From the NCBI RefSeq assembly GCF_963506605.1, contig NC_083283.1, forward strand, positions 52,700,001-52,764,000: a stretch of 64,000 nucleotides of DNA, in the 5' to 3' direction. This document shows, one piece after another, positions 36,601-48,333 of this stretch. The notes beneath the pieces were generated by a model. The model was given only the letters and a program-made list of their open reading frames with translations, ran no database searches and was not told the DNA's origin. Made by a program: the position numbers and the translations under genes. Origin of the DNA: Zootoca vivipara (lineage: Eukaryota). Every line of letters starts with the position of its first letter. The stretch's first letter is position 1.

Positions 36601-39153
36601 ACAGAAGTAAAGAGAAACAAATTAAAGACTACCCCTCATATCAGGAGAACCGTATCCAGGGTTGCCATATTTTGAAGAGCAAAAAAAGAGGAGACATTTG
36701 CCGACTTCTGCTTATAACTATGGATCACTACGTATGTTGACTCTACCCATGAAAAAGAGGATGTGTCCTGGAAGCAGTTCAAGTTCAACATTCTTGAGAA
36801 TAACACAGAGGTCGAAGTCATTTTCTAAACCCTGGTTTTCCCAAAGAACATGCACAGAAGCTAGTAGTCCTGAAGAGACATTCTGGAAATAATGGGCCCA
36901 GATTCAACTAAGTAGGTGCACTAATGGAGACCAGTGCAATGAGTCCTGCTAGTGCAATGGAGCTTTCTCCCTCCTTCTTCCAGGCACTCATGTCTGGAGA
37001 ATCCCTAAAACAGTATGCATGGGGAGGATGGGGAGATTGTTTCATCAGGACAGCTGAAATTGCGCTGGTGGGACAACTGGAAGAGCATGTTTAATTCCTC
37101 CCGATGGATTGCATTCAACTAAATCCTACTCAGAATAAGACCATTGAAATTAATGGGATTAAGCCAGTCACAGCCATTAATTTCAGTGGATCTATTCTGA
37201 GTAGGACTAAGATTGGATACAGCTAATTATGTGTGGCTAGCCAGGGTGAAATATGAATTATGGCTTTCATCTGTGAAGAAAACTGCAAGCTCTGCTTTAT
37301 AACTTGGAGCAATTTTGTGTTATTTGTAAGGGTCTTGATAAAGCAAGGATTTGTTTTAACAAAATAGGCTTTAAATGTGATTAAGGAGGAATTTGGAGAA
37401 ACAGCAATGAGCTAGATAAATAAATAAGGTGAGCACAAAACAATGGAAGCACCAAGGAAATTGCTTTATGTTTAAAATGGGAAAAGGTTTTTTTTTTAAA
37501 TGGTTTTAGCAAGTTGAAAAGATGTCATTTGCCTTACCATATAATGCCTCTTTCTGAGGATATGCAAAGCTAAATTAGATTACTACTCAATGTGAATATT
37601 GTATTTTTCAGTATTAGTACTTTCAAATGAATCCGTTCAATCCTTATATGCGGGTGGAATGCATTCCAGAAGTATGGTGTTGTTGTTTTTATTTAAATAT
37701 AATGCTGTGAGTAAAAGCTACATAATATGGGGCTTTTTACTTTAGAAAAATGTTGAGTAAGTTGTGGTGGTGGTGGGGACCTAATAGAGGTGCATGAGAT
37801 AATGTGTGGCATGCAGGAAATGGATGGAGTGAAGTTTTTCTCCCTCTCTCCTGGTACTAAAACTCTTTTAATATGTTTGATAATTAGGAGACTCATATAA
37901 AAAGTTCTCATACACAATATTTTGTACCTCGAATACAGTATGCTTGTTCATTTTTTCATGATCTTTCTTGTATTCTGTGATGTGGAAATACACCTGCAAG
38001 AACCCTTTCCCATCCTATCCTATAAAAATATAAATAGTTTTATGTTGAAGGAATTCCCAAAGCCCATCTCTTTTCCATATCTTAGAGTTGTATTTGTAAG
38101 TTCAGCTCTGGATGTGATAACTACAGCTATAAAAAGCAGTCTCTCTTCTTTAATTTCCTATGTTCATGTATATTAATTTGCTGGTCCCTTGTTTGATCAG
38201 TAAGAAGTGTGAATAGCCTCCTGACAGGCAGATTAATTCATGTCATTTTAGACAGCTAAAAGACAAGTTTAAATGTCAAAAGGTTTGGGCAGCTAACTTG
38301 CCCATAAACCCTTCCCCTGTTATGATTTAACTCATGAGACAAATTCAGTGGCCAAATCTCAAATTCCCAATTTACTTTTGACATGCTGGAATCATTTGCA
38401 CGTGATTTTAGTATCAATAATTCCTGGTGATTATTTCTTATGAACATAGGCTCCATCGTGACAGCTGGTATTTACCGTATTAGGGAGTGTTGATGTCTGT
38501 TCTCTGGCATAGTAAACATCAGCTGTTACGGCACAGTTGCATTCACAAGAAACATTCACCACATGGAATTTTCAGTGTAATCTCAAGCTGACTTTAACAT
38601 GACAAAAGTGAATATGAAGGCAAGGCTCAATAGTGTATTAAGGAAAATTGCCTGTTGGATGATGTTAGCATGCTATTTGTTGGTGGGGGAGTTTTTACTA
38701 GGAGAATAACCTGTTGTTGTTGTTGTTGTTGATGATGATGATGTTTGCTGGCCCAATGAACACTATTACTACCAAATTAAGACATTTAGAGAACAGTCCT
38801 ATACACAACAAACTGGCATAGAGCAAGGCAGTGTGAGTAAAGTTACATGAAATCCAAATTCTGCTCAGCAGCAGTGATACTGGGAGCTAAATTGGTCCAA
38901 GCATGGCAGAGGGAAAACAAGCTTTTAAAATAGTGTTTTGAGTCACACCACTCTTTTTGTCGGCTTGGCACTATAGTCTAAACCACCAAGCCTCTTGGGC
39001 TTGCTGATCATAAAGTTGGCAGTTCAAATCCCTGCGATGGGGTGAGCTCCCATTGCTCTGCCCAAGCTCCTGCCAACCTATCAGTTTGAAAGCATACCAA
39101 CGCAAGTAGATAAATAGGTACCGCTGCGGCGAGAAGGTAAACAGTGTTTCTAT

Positions 39154-39318
39154 CATGGCTGGCTCTAGGGGTAGGCTGGGTGGCGTGGGGTGCCAGGACG
39201 TCGGGATGGCGCCTCATGGAAGCTGTGCTGCACGCTGCGCCTGGCCACCAGGCCGGGGGCGCCGGAGCGATCTCCGCACCACGGTGCCAGGGCTCCTGAC
39301 CTGCTTGAGCTGGCCCTG
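39154..39318. mobile_element. GC-rich hAT MITE nested in Sauria SINE
   Basis: TIR catggctggctc / gagctggccctg, with perfect 8-bp TSD gtttctat (39146-39153, 39319-39326). Confidence 0.88.
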
Positions 39319-39386
39319 GTTTCTATGCACTCTGGCTTCCGTCACGGTGTCCCATTCTGCCAGAAGCAATTCAGTTCTGCTGGCTA

Positions 39387-39491
39387 CATAGAATCATAGA
39401 GCTGGAAGAGACCACAAGGGCCATCCAGTCCAACCCCCTGCCAAGCAGGAAACACCATCAAAGCATTCCTGACAGATGGCTATCAAGCCTC
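39387..39491 (-). mobile_element. CR1 3' end nested in Sauria SINE
   Basis: catagaatcataga (reverse complement of the ATTCTATG tail), then gggccatccagtccaacccc...gacagatggctatcaagcctc. Confidence 0.85.
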
Positions 39492-40154
39492 CACATGACC
39501 CGGGAAACCTGTCTGCAGACAAACACTGGCTCCTTCGACCTGAAAGTAGAGATGAGTGCCCCACCCTATAGCTGAATTCAACAGAACTTAACTGTCCAGG
39601 GGTCCTTTACCTTTTGGCAGCTTAACTTATGCTGAGTTGCTAGGTCATGTGACCAAGCTGAATGGACTTTGGATCCAGCCTAAGTCCCTCCTCTCTGGTC
39701 CCGTCTCTGCCACGCCCCCTTTCAGGACCTATGTCAGTTTAAAATGCATTGGGCACAGTTCTGCCAGTTGGATCCTGGCTGATGGGGGAGATATGCCAGT
39801 ATAGTTACATAAATCAAGAATTTAATGTATTTAATGATGTATATTTCCACACCAATCATTTGGATGTAAAAGAAACAGGAAAATAATGTAAAAAAAAAGG
39901 TAATTAATTGCATATCAGTGGAAGGCTCACAAAACAACAACAAAAAAGATTATGGTGAGTACAAAATACAGCTTGCATGCTAGATTGATTTCCATTCTGG
40001 ACCTGGGATGAACAGTAGCAATTTCTGCTTCCATTTCCATTGGAATTCCCTGAAATCCCTAGTGGTAGCTGATTTAGCTGCTGAGGGCCTGAGGTGGCCC
40101 AGGAGAGCCCACCAATGCTATCACATTCTCCATTTGTACAAAACGGTGGTTGAA

Positions 40155-40206
40155 GCAAACAAACAAACAAGCAAACAAACAAACAAGCAAACAAACAAAC
40201 AAGCAA
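40155..40206. repeat. Imperfect (AAAC)n repeat
   Basis: Direct reading. Confidence 0.9.
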
Positions 40207-41459
40207 CATGTCATGCTCACCCCCATCAGTTGCCCATCAGTTATTGCCAGGAGCAATAGGGATTGCTGTGATAAATGACACTCAGCTAAACATCCTAGCA
40301 CAAATAATACAATTCATCCACACAATGCACTTCAGTTCACCCACAGTCAGTCGGACAAAATGTGGTTTTATTTTGGATTTTTCTCCACCCCCTTACAGCA
40401 TCATCCACAGATCAGGTATATCTGAATTAAATGGGGGAAAGTGTGGGCTGCTGCTTGGATGAATACCATGTTGTGTGGGCCAGAAGATGCACACCCAATG
40501 GCTAAGCCAACACCTGCCAACATATGCAATCAGTAATGTTGTGGCCCCTATCAATCCCAGTACAGCCACCCTCTGTCTTATTCCAATCGACAGTGGAGCC
40601 TACCCATGGCTTCAGTGTGCCTGGGTCCACAAATGTAATCACTTGCAATTATGGTCATAACTTTCGCTCCTCATATTCTCTTCTCTAGTACCCCCCCCCC
40701 CGAGTATATCAAATTACTCTGCAATAGGTTATCTTCTTCTGTTCCTGTGTGGGAAGCAGCTGAGCAGATCAGACAGCAGTTCTATCTGGCCAAAGATTTC
40801 TGAATTCATTCTTGGAAAAGATGGGAGAGATAGGTGTGAAAGTGAGGAGAAAGGTCTACACAAGCTATTAAAGGAGAAGAGAAAGGAAGATAAAAATTTG
40901 AGGTCAGGAAGCTCAAAGGAAGAAAGAAGAGAAAATAGTTTTCAGGGGAAGCTGGAAAAGGTGCACAGCTCAGCAGGTTACAATACTAGAAAGATAGCAA
41001 AGGTTAACAAGAAATTTAATAGATGCACAGGTGAAAGGTTTTAGTGGATAGGTTCAAGGAAATGCAACTTTTTTTGAGACAGGGAAGCTTGAACAGTGAG
41101 GGGGTATGTAAAGGGAAAAATAAGCTAAAAATAAGCTATAGATGAAAAAATACAACAAGAAAAGAGCAAAACTAAACAGTGGAATGTCTGTTTTAGACAC
41201 AGCTTGTTAAAAGCCAAGAGTGCATTTATCTCTCTGTCTATATTATATATTATGGAATAGATGTGTTGGTAATGATGAAAATATATCTACACTTACAATA
41301 AAAGTGGTTTCTGAAATAGAGATGCTGTCTGCTGGATACATGAATCACTGCTTCATCCATCTTACAGTACAGTAGTTCTATGGGATGTTCTGTGGAAAAC
41401 GCATGCAGGCTCCAGAGATTTCCTACATATGATGTTGCAAAGATGCTCAGAATAAAGCA

Positions 41460-41997
41460 CACTTGGAAAGACCTGTCAGAAGTAAACATGGACCAATGGT
41501 ACCAAACAGTATGGGAAACAGCCTTACTAGAAAAATTAACCAATAAGTTGAAACTGACACAAGGACAAATAGAAGAAGACAGCTTCACCCCGGTATGGCT
41601 CCCTTTTATCATGTACACAGCCCAACAAGACAATGACAAAAATCCACCAACAGCATACAAATCAATATGGCTAACCTGATCCAAAACACTCACCCACCCC
41701 ACTCACACACACACAAAACAAAGACTACCACAGCCAACCACAAAGGAACAACCATATCCTAGGCCAACCTCAACATCTCTCACCAAAGGAACACAAGCGA
41801 ACAGCAGAGAATCTACACAAGCAACGCTGACCCCCCCATATTAAGCAAAATAGAAACATCGTCACCCGACCCCACCCCCACCCACCCTCCCCCCATCTAC
41901 CTCTCTTCCCCTTTTCTTCCCAATGTCTCAACAAATGAAACTGATTTGTAAATTGCACATATATTTGTAAACCAAGAAAACCTTTAATAATAATAAA
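41460..41997 (+). mobile_element. 5'-truncated L1/Tx1-like LINE 3' end
   Basis: 11-bp TSD agaataaagca (41449-41459, 41998-42008). ORF end WKD...QWYQTVWETALLEKLT...FTPVWLPFIMY is L1 ORF2 C-terminus-like, followed by an A/C-rich UTR and A-rich tail. Confidence 0.85.
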
Positions 41998-42519
41998 AGA
42001 ATAAAGCATACCACCGACCAAATAAATGTGTCAAGTGAATTGATTTGTGGACTATGTTCTTCAAGTCAGTGATGGATAAAGAGATCCCAACAATGAAGTC
42101 TTAGGACTGGGATCCAAAGAAGAAACAAGGGAAGTAAAATGGGAAAAAAAATAAAACTTATATAAGCATGGTGGAAATAAGCTGTCAGCTGCAGTATATC
42201 GGTTTGTCACACAAATTCTCCCCGTGCTCCTCTCAAGGCTGGAAAGGGGTTAGTTTAACCTCTGGTTTGCTAATAAAACTACATTACTGTGTTTTGCGAA
42301 ATGATGCTTGTCTAAAAAGTGTGTCACCAATATTAAAAGTTTGGAAAGCTCTGCTGCCTGTACAGCATCCATGGCCAATGTGGTACCCTCCAAATGCAGT
42401 TGGACTACAACTTCCATTATCCCTGACCATTGACTGTGTTGACCTGGGCTGATGGGGGTCCAACAACAATTGAAAGGCACTGTTGGCTACGTCTGCTATA
42501 TTAATTGCTTCAAAACTTC

Positions 42520-42621
42520 CTCTGAAATATCTGAAGAAGTATGCATGCACACGAAAGCTCATACCAATGACAAACTTAGTTGGTCTCTAAGGTGCTACTG
42601 GAAGGAATTTTTTTATTTTTT
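42520..42621 (+). mobile_element. Penelope-like element terminal fragment
   Basis: ctgaagaag...cacacgaaagctcatacc...ttagttggtctctaaggtgctactgg is typical of reptile Penelope ends. 11-bp TSD ttcaaaacttc (42509-42519, 42622-42632). Confidence 0.85.
42528..42563 (+). ncRNA. Minimal type-I hammerhead ribozyme motif (probably impaired)
   Basis: UAU-CUGAAGA-A-[GUAUG CAUG CACAC]-GAAA-GC-UC-AUA: both core boxes, stem II with one mismatch, palindromic AGCU stem III, and a 3-bp stem I. Confidence 0.6.
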
Positions 42622-44298
42622 TTCAAAACTTCAATTACTATACATTTGTCTAAGGAGAAGGAGATTTCTGCTCCTTATCTCATTACTTCCATGCGATATG
42701 TGATTACCTGCTTCTGTCCTCAGCTTTTGAGGACTATCTTTAATATCGGAGAGAGGAAGTCTTGCTTCTTCTAAGGTAGGCTCCTGAAGCAGGCAGCTGA
42801 ATAGCCCTCGAAGCTCGCCAAATTTTGTTTCAGTTCTGTGCTGTGAAACTTATTTCAATAATAATCGTTTGATATGATGATCAATTAGCTAATATAGAGT
42901 TCCGTGTTTGTATGTGTGTTTGATGCTTTTGTTCAAACTGGTTCTGATGCATACGGCGAGTGTTATACTATATGAAGAAAATGCAAAACTGGCAACCAAA
43001 AAGGAGTACGCTCGAAGCCAAGAATGAAAATGTGGCTTTGAACTTTAGATATTTAAGAATGCTCTACATTTATCATGCCTTCAGGCCCCTTGCTAGCTTT
43101 GTTCAGCTGTGTTTTATGTGAGAGAATGCTATTCTCAATGGTAGAGACAGAGTGATAAGGTCTTTTGATGGAGGGTCATGAAATTATAGCAAGGTAGCCC
43201 ATAGGGAATGCTAAGAGCAAATCACTCCTTTAAATGTCACCAACATGAGAGGTTCTGGCCATTTTCTATTGATGTGACTCACAAGTTGTACAGTGGGGAA
43301 ACATTATTTTCAATAACATTCCTTTTTTTTCAGCCCCAAAGAAAATAAAGATATGCAGAAATGAGCAACAGCTTATTGGGGAATACAGTGCACTTGTGTA
43401 CGTGTAAGGGTGTTCTGTGAGCATTTGTGCGTGAGAGACATCTTAAATTGAGTGGCTCTTCTGAGCAGAGAAGTGAGTCACAAATACGCACCTTGATGTG
43501 CCATGGTATCTTTAGTGAAGTGCATCCAGTTTAAATTCATTCTGTTTACAGACTGAAATGAGATTTCCCCCCTCCTAACTGCCAGAGTTGCAAGGTCAAG
43601 CTAAATTCAGAAAAACAACATGTGAGCTTTTCGATATGGAAAAGCTTCACCTTTTCTCTCTCTCTTTGACCCGATACAGGACTCCTTTATTCTTGTATTT
43701 TAAAAAAGAGCTGACAGCACAGCACAAAAGACTTATTTCTGTCCAATATATTTTACTATACCGAAAACCCTGTTTCTGCTTAATCTATTCATGACAAAGC
43801 TGCAACTTTTGAGATGAATTAGCTTCTGTACAAGTCGAGATGCTAAAGTATCTGTTAGCATGATACTTGGCCTTAGATCTCCATTCTCTCTGTTTAATTT
43901 AGTAATCCATCTCTCTATCGTTAGACCACTTCATGCTACCATTGGTCAAAGGATCTTAAAACAGTATTGAAATAATAATTTATCCAATTATAATTCTAAT
44001 TAGTTTTCTACATCATTTTAGAAACAAATGAAGTAGAGGGACAACTCAATTGACTATTATGAAAAGAAAATAACCAGGAGTACCAGGGGAATAATTTATA
44101 TTCTGTAGTTTGCTCAAATAACTTTGACTCTTCTTAGTTTGTAAGAGGAGTATATCTTGGGATCGAATCACATTATTATGTAGGAATTCCTTATTTCATA
44201 TGGCAATGAATTTACAGCCAAAATTTCAATGATTGGGAAAGTAACCTAAGAAGGTGAAAAGAGGGGGAAAGAAAGATACAGAAAAAGTAACAAAGAAT

Positions 44299-44690
44299 AT
44301 AATAATAATTTATTATTTGTACCCCGCTTATCCGGCTGGGTTACCCCAGCCACTCTGGACGGCTTCCAACAAAGATTAAAATACAATAAAATATCACACA
44401 TTAAAAACTTCCCTAAACAGGGCTGCCTTCAGATATCTTCTAAATGTCAGATAGTTGTTTTTCTCTTTGACATCTGATGGGAGGGCATTCCACAGGGTGG
44501 GCGCCACTACCGAGAAAGCGCTCTGCCTGGTTCCCTGTAGCTTTGCTTCTCGCAGTGAGGGAACCGCCAGAAGGCCCTCGGCGCTGGATCTCAGTGTCCG
44601 GGCAGAACTATGGAGGTGGAGACGCTCTTTCAGATACACTGGACCGAGGCTTTAAAGGTCAGCACCAACACTTTGAATTGTGCTCGGAAA
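44299..44690 (-). mobile_element. Young L2-clade LINE 3' end
   Basis: ORF 44394-44639 (YLKERL...RTLRSSAEGLLAVP...LWNALP) plus an A/T-rich trinucleotide tail. Confidence 0.92.
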
Positions 44691-45190
44691 ATATTTATTT
44701 TTTTCTTTAGATTCGCTGTCTTAGAAAGCATATAAAACATTCTGGGTGTATTTCATGGAATGCTGTTTCTTCTGTCCAGCAGGGGTGTGTTTGCTATGCA
44801 CCCCCCTTTATGAAGAAGGCTCAGCATTGTTTCTCCAAAGGGGAGGAGATCTGGGGACCACAAGGGCTTCAGATTCTTATTGGAAGCGGCACCTCACTGA
44901 CTACTTAGGTTATCTCCATTCCCAATACCTCCTTTGCAATGCCCTCCCCTCACCCCCTGCCTTTACAGTATGCATTTTTGCTACTTGCCTTTTGGGGGAC
45001 TGAATAAGAATTGTTTGAGGAGCCCCTGATTGGACATTGGGACATCTCTTTTTGTTATTCCACACTGTTGAGTTCTCTTGGTTGGCCATTTGATGTGTGT
45101 TGATTATTTAGTCATTTGGTATTTAGTACAAGCAGAAAGGAATTTCAATAACTTCATTAACAGGCATCCTAAGCTATTATTGGGTTAAGG

Positions 45191-45261
45191 CAGGGGTGCC
45201 CAAACTTTTTTCAGATTTGATGAAGTGAACATGCCCCCCAAATGGACTTTGGACATGCCTA
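45191..45261. mobile_element. 71-bp internally deleted hAT-Charlie-like element
   Basis: caggggtgcccaaa ... tttggacatgccta, with perfect 8-bp TSD ggttaagg. Confidence 0.8.
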
Positions 45262-45798
45262 GGTTAAGGGCACCCTTGAGTCATTTCCCACAATGTGCGT
45301 GAGCACTTGGCCGTGGGGCCTGAGCACACTTGTTGGTCTCACATACCCAAGGCTTGTTTAGCAAGGAGGAAGATGGAATGTGGCTGTTAACATGCCCAGG
45401 GCCTTGGAGGGATGTTTCCCTTCTAGATTTGAATTAAGAACCCACCTGCCCATACTTTCATAATTTGGTTAATTAGCTAGCAGATCTTCTATTGTTTTAT
45501 TTAATAGATAGAACCATTTCACCATTTCATTATCTCTTGAGTCCTCTTCACACTTGTGTTAGCAAATGCTGTCTGTTCACATTTTTTCAGTGTTCATTCT
45601 GAATAGTAAATAGTGATTAGATAATAGTGATGATCTTGGCCTCCACCTCACATTTACTCTAACACTCAGCTTACAATGGGTACTTTCATTGCACACACAC
45701 ACACACACACACACACCCCTCAATCCCCCTTCAAATTGACAAAATGTAAATTGAGAGATCATTTAGGTCCAGTTCAAATTACTTCATAGTGTGTAGGC

Positions 45799-45934
45799 CA
45801 GGCATCCCCAAACTTCAGCCCTCCGGATGTTTTGGACTACAGTTCCCATCTTCCCCAACCACTGGTCCTGTTAGCTAGGGATAATGGGAGTTGTAGCCCA
45901 AAACATCTGGAGGGCCGTAGTTTGGGGATGCCTG
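45799..45934. mobile_element. 136-bp hAT MITE, copy 1
   Basis: TIR caggcatccccaaact / agtttggggatgcctg, 8-bp TSD gtgtaggc. Confidence 0.92.
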
Positions 45935-45945
45935 GTGTAGGCTAT

Positions 45946-45949
<4 letters not shown>

Positions 45950-45999
<50 letters not shown>
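45950..45999. repeat. (CT)n microsatellite
   Basis: Direct reading. Confidence 0.95.
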
Positions 46000-46003
<4 letters not shown>

Positions 46004-46733
46004 AAAGGTTTCAGTTTTAAAATTCCTAGGGAATTCCACAAACTAAAACATATGTCATGGCTACCTATGCATTTGACAGTATTTTAGCACATGCAATGTA
46101 GATGTAAAGTGCCAGTTATCTGATCTAGAAGAAATATTAACTAGAGTGAAAAGCCATTTTTGACAAGCCCAATTACAAAAGACAACTGCAATAATAATAA
46201 TAATAATAAACATCAACCTGTGAAATCCTATGCTGCAACAGGCCTTGCCAGAGAAACCACAGGCAGTGAGGTATAGTTTTTTTTTAATGGGGAAAAATAC
46301 CTTCAAAACAGCATGGACTAATGCCTTAGTAAATAGCCTATAGAACACAAGACTCAAGCTGCTCGATTCCAGGGGCGGTAGCAGGACACCTCAATTAAAT
46401 GGCTGATATGAGCTTCTAAATAAAGATCAGAAGTCACTGTGGCTCCAAGGTTACCAGAGTTATCTGAAGGATAGAGAAAACTATGGCTCAGGCAAATCAT
46501 TGACAGGCTCTTTCAAAGTGATCTTTATTAAAACCAATGTGTATGCTAAGGGAGTCACACAGTAGGCTGAATTCTAAATTCCCTTGGAAACTGAACAAAC
46601 TGTTCTCTAATGAGGGGCATGTTTCTTAATAGCAAGCTTAAGTAGCATTTTGCTAGATTAGTTGCACTGGTTCAAAGGAATTACTATAGTATGATGCAAT
46701 ATGCTCAATATTTTTAGGTCATCATATCAGAAC

Positions 46734-46824
46734 CATAGCTGCCAAGTTCTCCCTTTTTTTTAAGGGAAATTCCCTTATGCTGAATAGGCTTCCTCGTGAG
46801 AAAAGGGAAAACTTGGCAGCTATG
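46734..46824 (-). mobile_element. hAT-type MITE, copy 3 of the 90-bp family (91 bp, inverted)
   Basis: Reverse complement of 5060/6844, with 8-bp TSD atcagaac. Confidence 0.9.
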
Positions 46825-47228
46825 ATCAGAACTTGAGTCCTTGCTATTAACATTTGTTTATCAACAAGGATATGGTCTGCTCTTATAGAAACAGATGCTG
46901 TTACAGACAACCCATTGTTTCAGAGAATGGTCCTGTTTTGAACTCCCGTGCCAGCTGATGAATTGTCTATCTTGTGATCCCAAGCAAGAAGTGAAATATT
47001 TTCACTAGAGATAAAAGAAACGGGTTTCAGTCTAATGGTCTGTTCTCCTGAAGGCGAAATCTGAAAAGTGCCCTCATATACGAGATTATTGCATCACAAA
47101 GAGCCATTTTTGTGAAAATATTCTTTTATATATATCCCCAACTGATATATAAACAGATTCCTATGATACTGGAGCAGACCAGAAAAAGAGACTCACTGTT
47201 ATGAATAAATCATTTATGCTGTGCTGTA

Positions 47229-47594
47229 GGGGTGTGAGTGATGCTGTGGTCTAAACCACTGAGCCTCGTGGGCTTGCTGATCAGAACGTCAGCTGTTCGA
47301 ATCTGCATGACGGTGGTGAAATCCCATTGCTCTGTCCCAGCTTCTGCTAACCTAGCAGTTCGAATGCACACCAGTGCAAGTAGATAAATAGGTACTGCTG
47401 CGGAAGGAAGGCAAACTCTGATTCCTTGTGCTCTGTCACTCGTCACAGTGTTCTGTTGTGCCAGAAGTTGTTTAGTCATGCTGGCCACATGGCCCCAAAA
47501 GCTGTCTGTGGACAAACGCTGGAAATAAGTGTTGCACCCCATAGTCGCCTTTGACTGGACTTTAACCGTCCGGGGGTCCTTTACCTCCTTTACC
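47229..47594 (+). mobile_element. Sauria SINE
   Basis: Full body and cctttacc tail. TSD ttatgctgtgct (47214-47225, 47595-47606). Confidence 0.88.
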
Positions 47595-47773
47595 TTATGC
47601 TGTGCTATATGGTGGAAAGAACCGAATTGTTATTAGATTATACATAGCCATCAATCCACCATCAAACAGTAGATAAGTAGATAAGAAAAATGATACTCCC
47701 AACCTCCCTATTGATTGCTTTGTTTTTTTAAAACTACGGTAAACAATATCTTAGTTCTGAAGTGAAATATAAT

Positions 47774-47977
47774 CAACGAGCTAAAAGGATGGCACATTTG
47801 GCAAATCCTCATCATGATAAACTCCCACCTGGAAACCTATGTCCCCACAGTGGAAGGATGTGCAGATCCAGAATTGGCCTCCACAGTCACTTACGGACAC
47901 ACTGTTAAGACCATATTCATGGAAGACAATATTACTTGCCTACGAGTGATTGCCAAAAAAGAAGACGATGAAGAAGA
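47774..47977 (+). mobile_element. RTE-clade LINE 3' end
   Basis: Translates QRAKRMAHLANPHHDKLPPGNLCPHSGRMCRSRIGLHSHLRTHC* (degenerate C-terminal CCHH motif of RTE ORF), then a short UTR and (GAA)-like tail. Confidence 0.85.
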
Positions 47978-48298
47978 TCAGTATTTTGTGGGAGGGATTT
48001 AAGATCATTCTGTAAATGTAGGTTTCCTCAGTTCAAGTGGATTACAGGGCTCTGTTGCCCTGATGAAAGAAATCCTCTATTTAAAAAAGTAATCTGACTT
48101 TTTGCAGTTAGGGAAGTGATGGGGAAATGCATTGAAAATTGTGTGATGAAGGAATGATTAACAGGGAGAAGCACAGCCACAGCACAAGCAAATCTAGATG
48201 AATTCATGATGAATGCTCATGCTCATTTAACATTCCTTGAAATGAATAATGAATACTCCATAAAGACTGGATATAGTCTGGATATATAAGACCGGATA

Positions 48299-48333
48299 TA
48301 GGTGCTGCTGGAAGGAATTTTTTTTATTTTGTT
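48299..48333 (+). mobile_element. Tiny Penelope 3' fragment
   Basis: aggtgctgctggaaggaattttttttattttg matches 42590-42621. TSD tggatatagtct. Confidence 0.75.

Larger units (their letters stand above)
38967..39612 (+). mobile_element. Sauria SINE interrupted by two younger insertions
   Basis: SINE body (gcttgctgatca...ggggtgagctccc...gcaagtagataaataggtaccgc) resumes after each insert and ends in cctttacctt. Flanks ttttgtcggctt/ttttggcagctt. Confidence 0.85.

Noticed and set aside
47814-48002. Protein-looking ORF MINSHLETYVPTVEGCADPEL...
   Set aside because: Alternative frame of the RTE LINE 3' end and its GAA tail.
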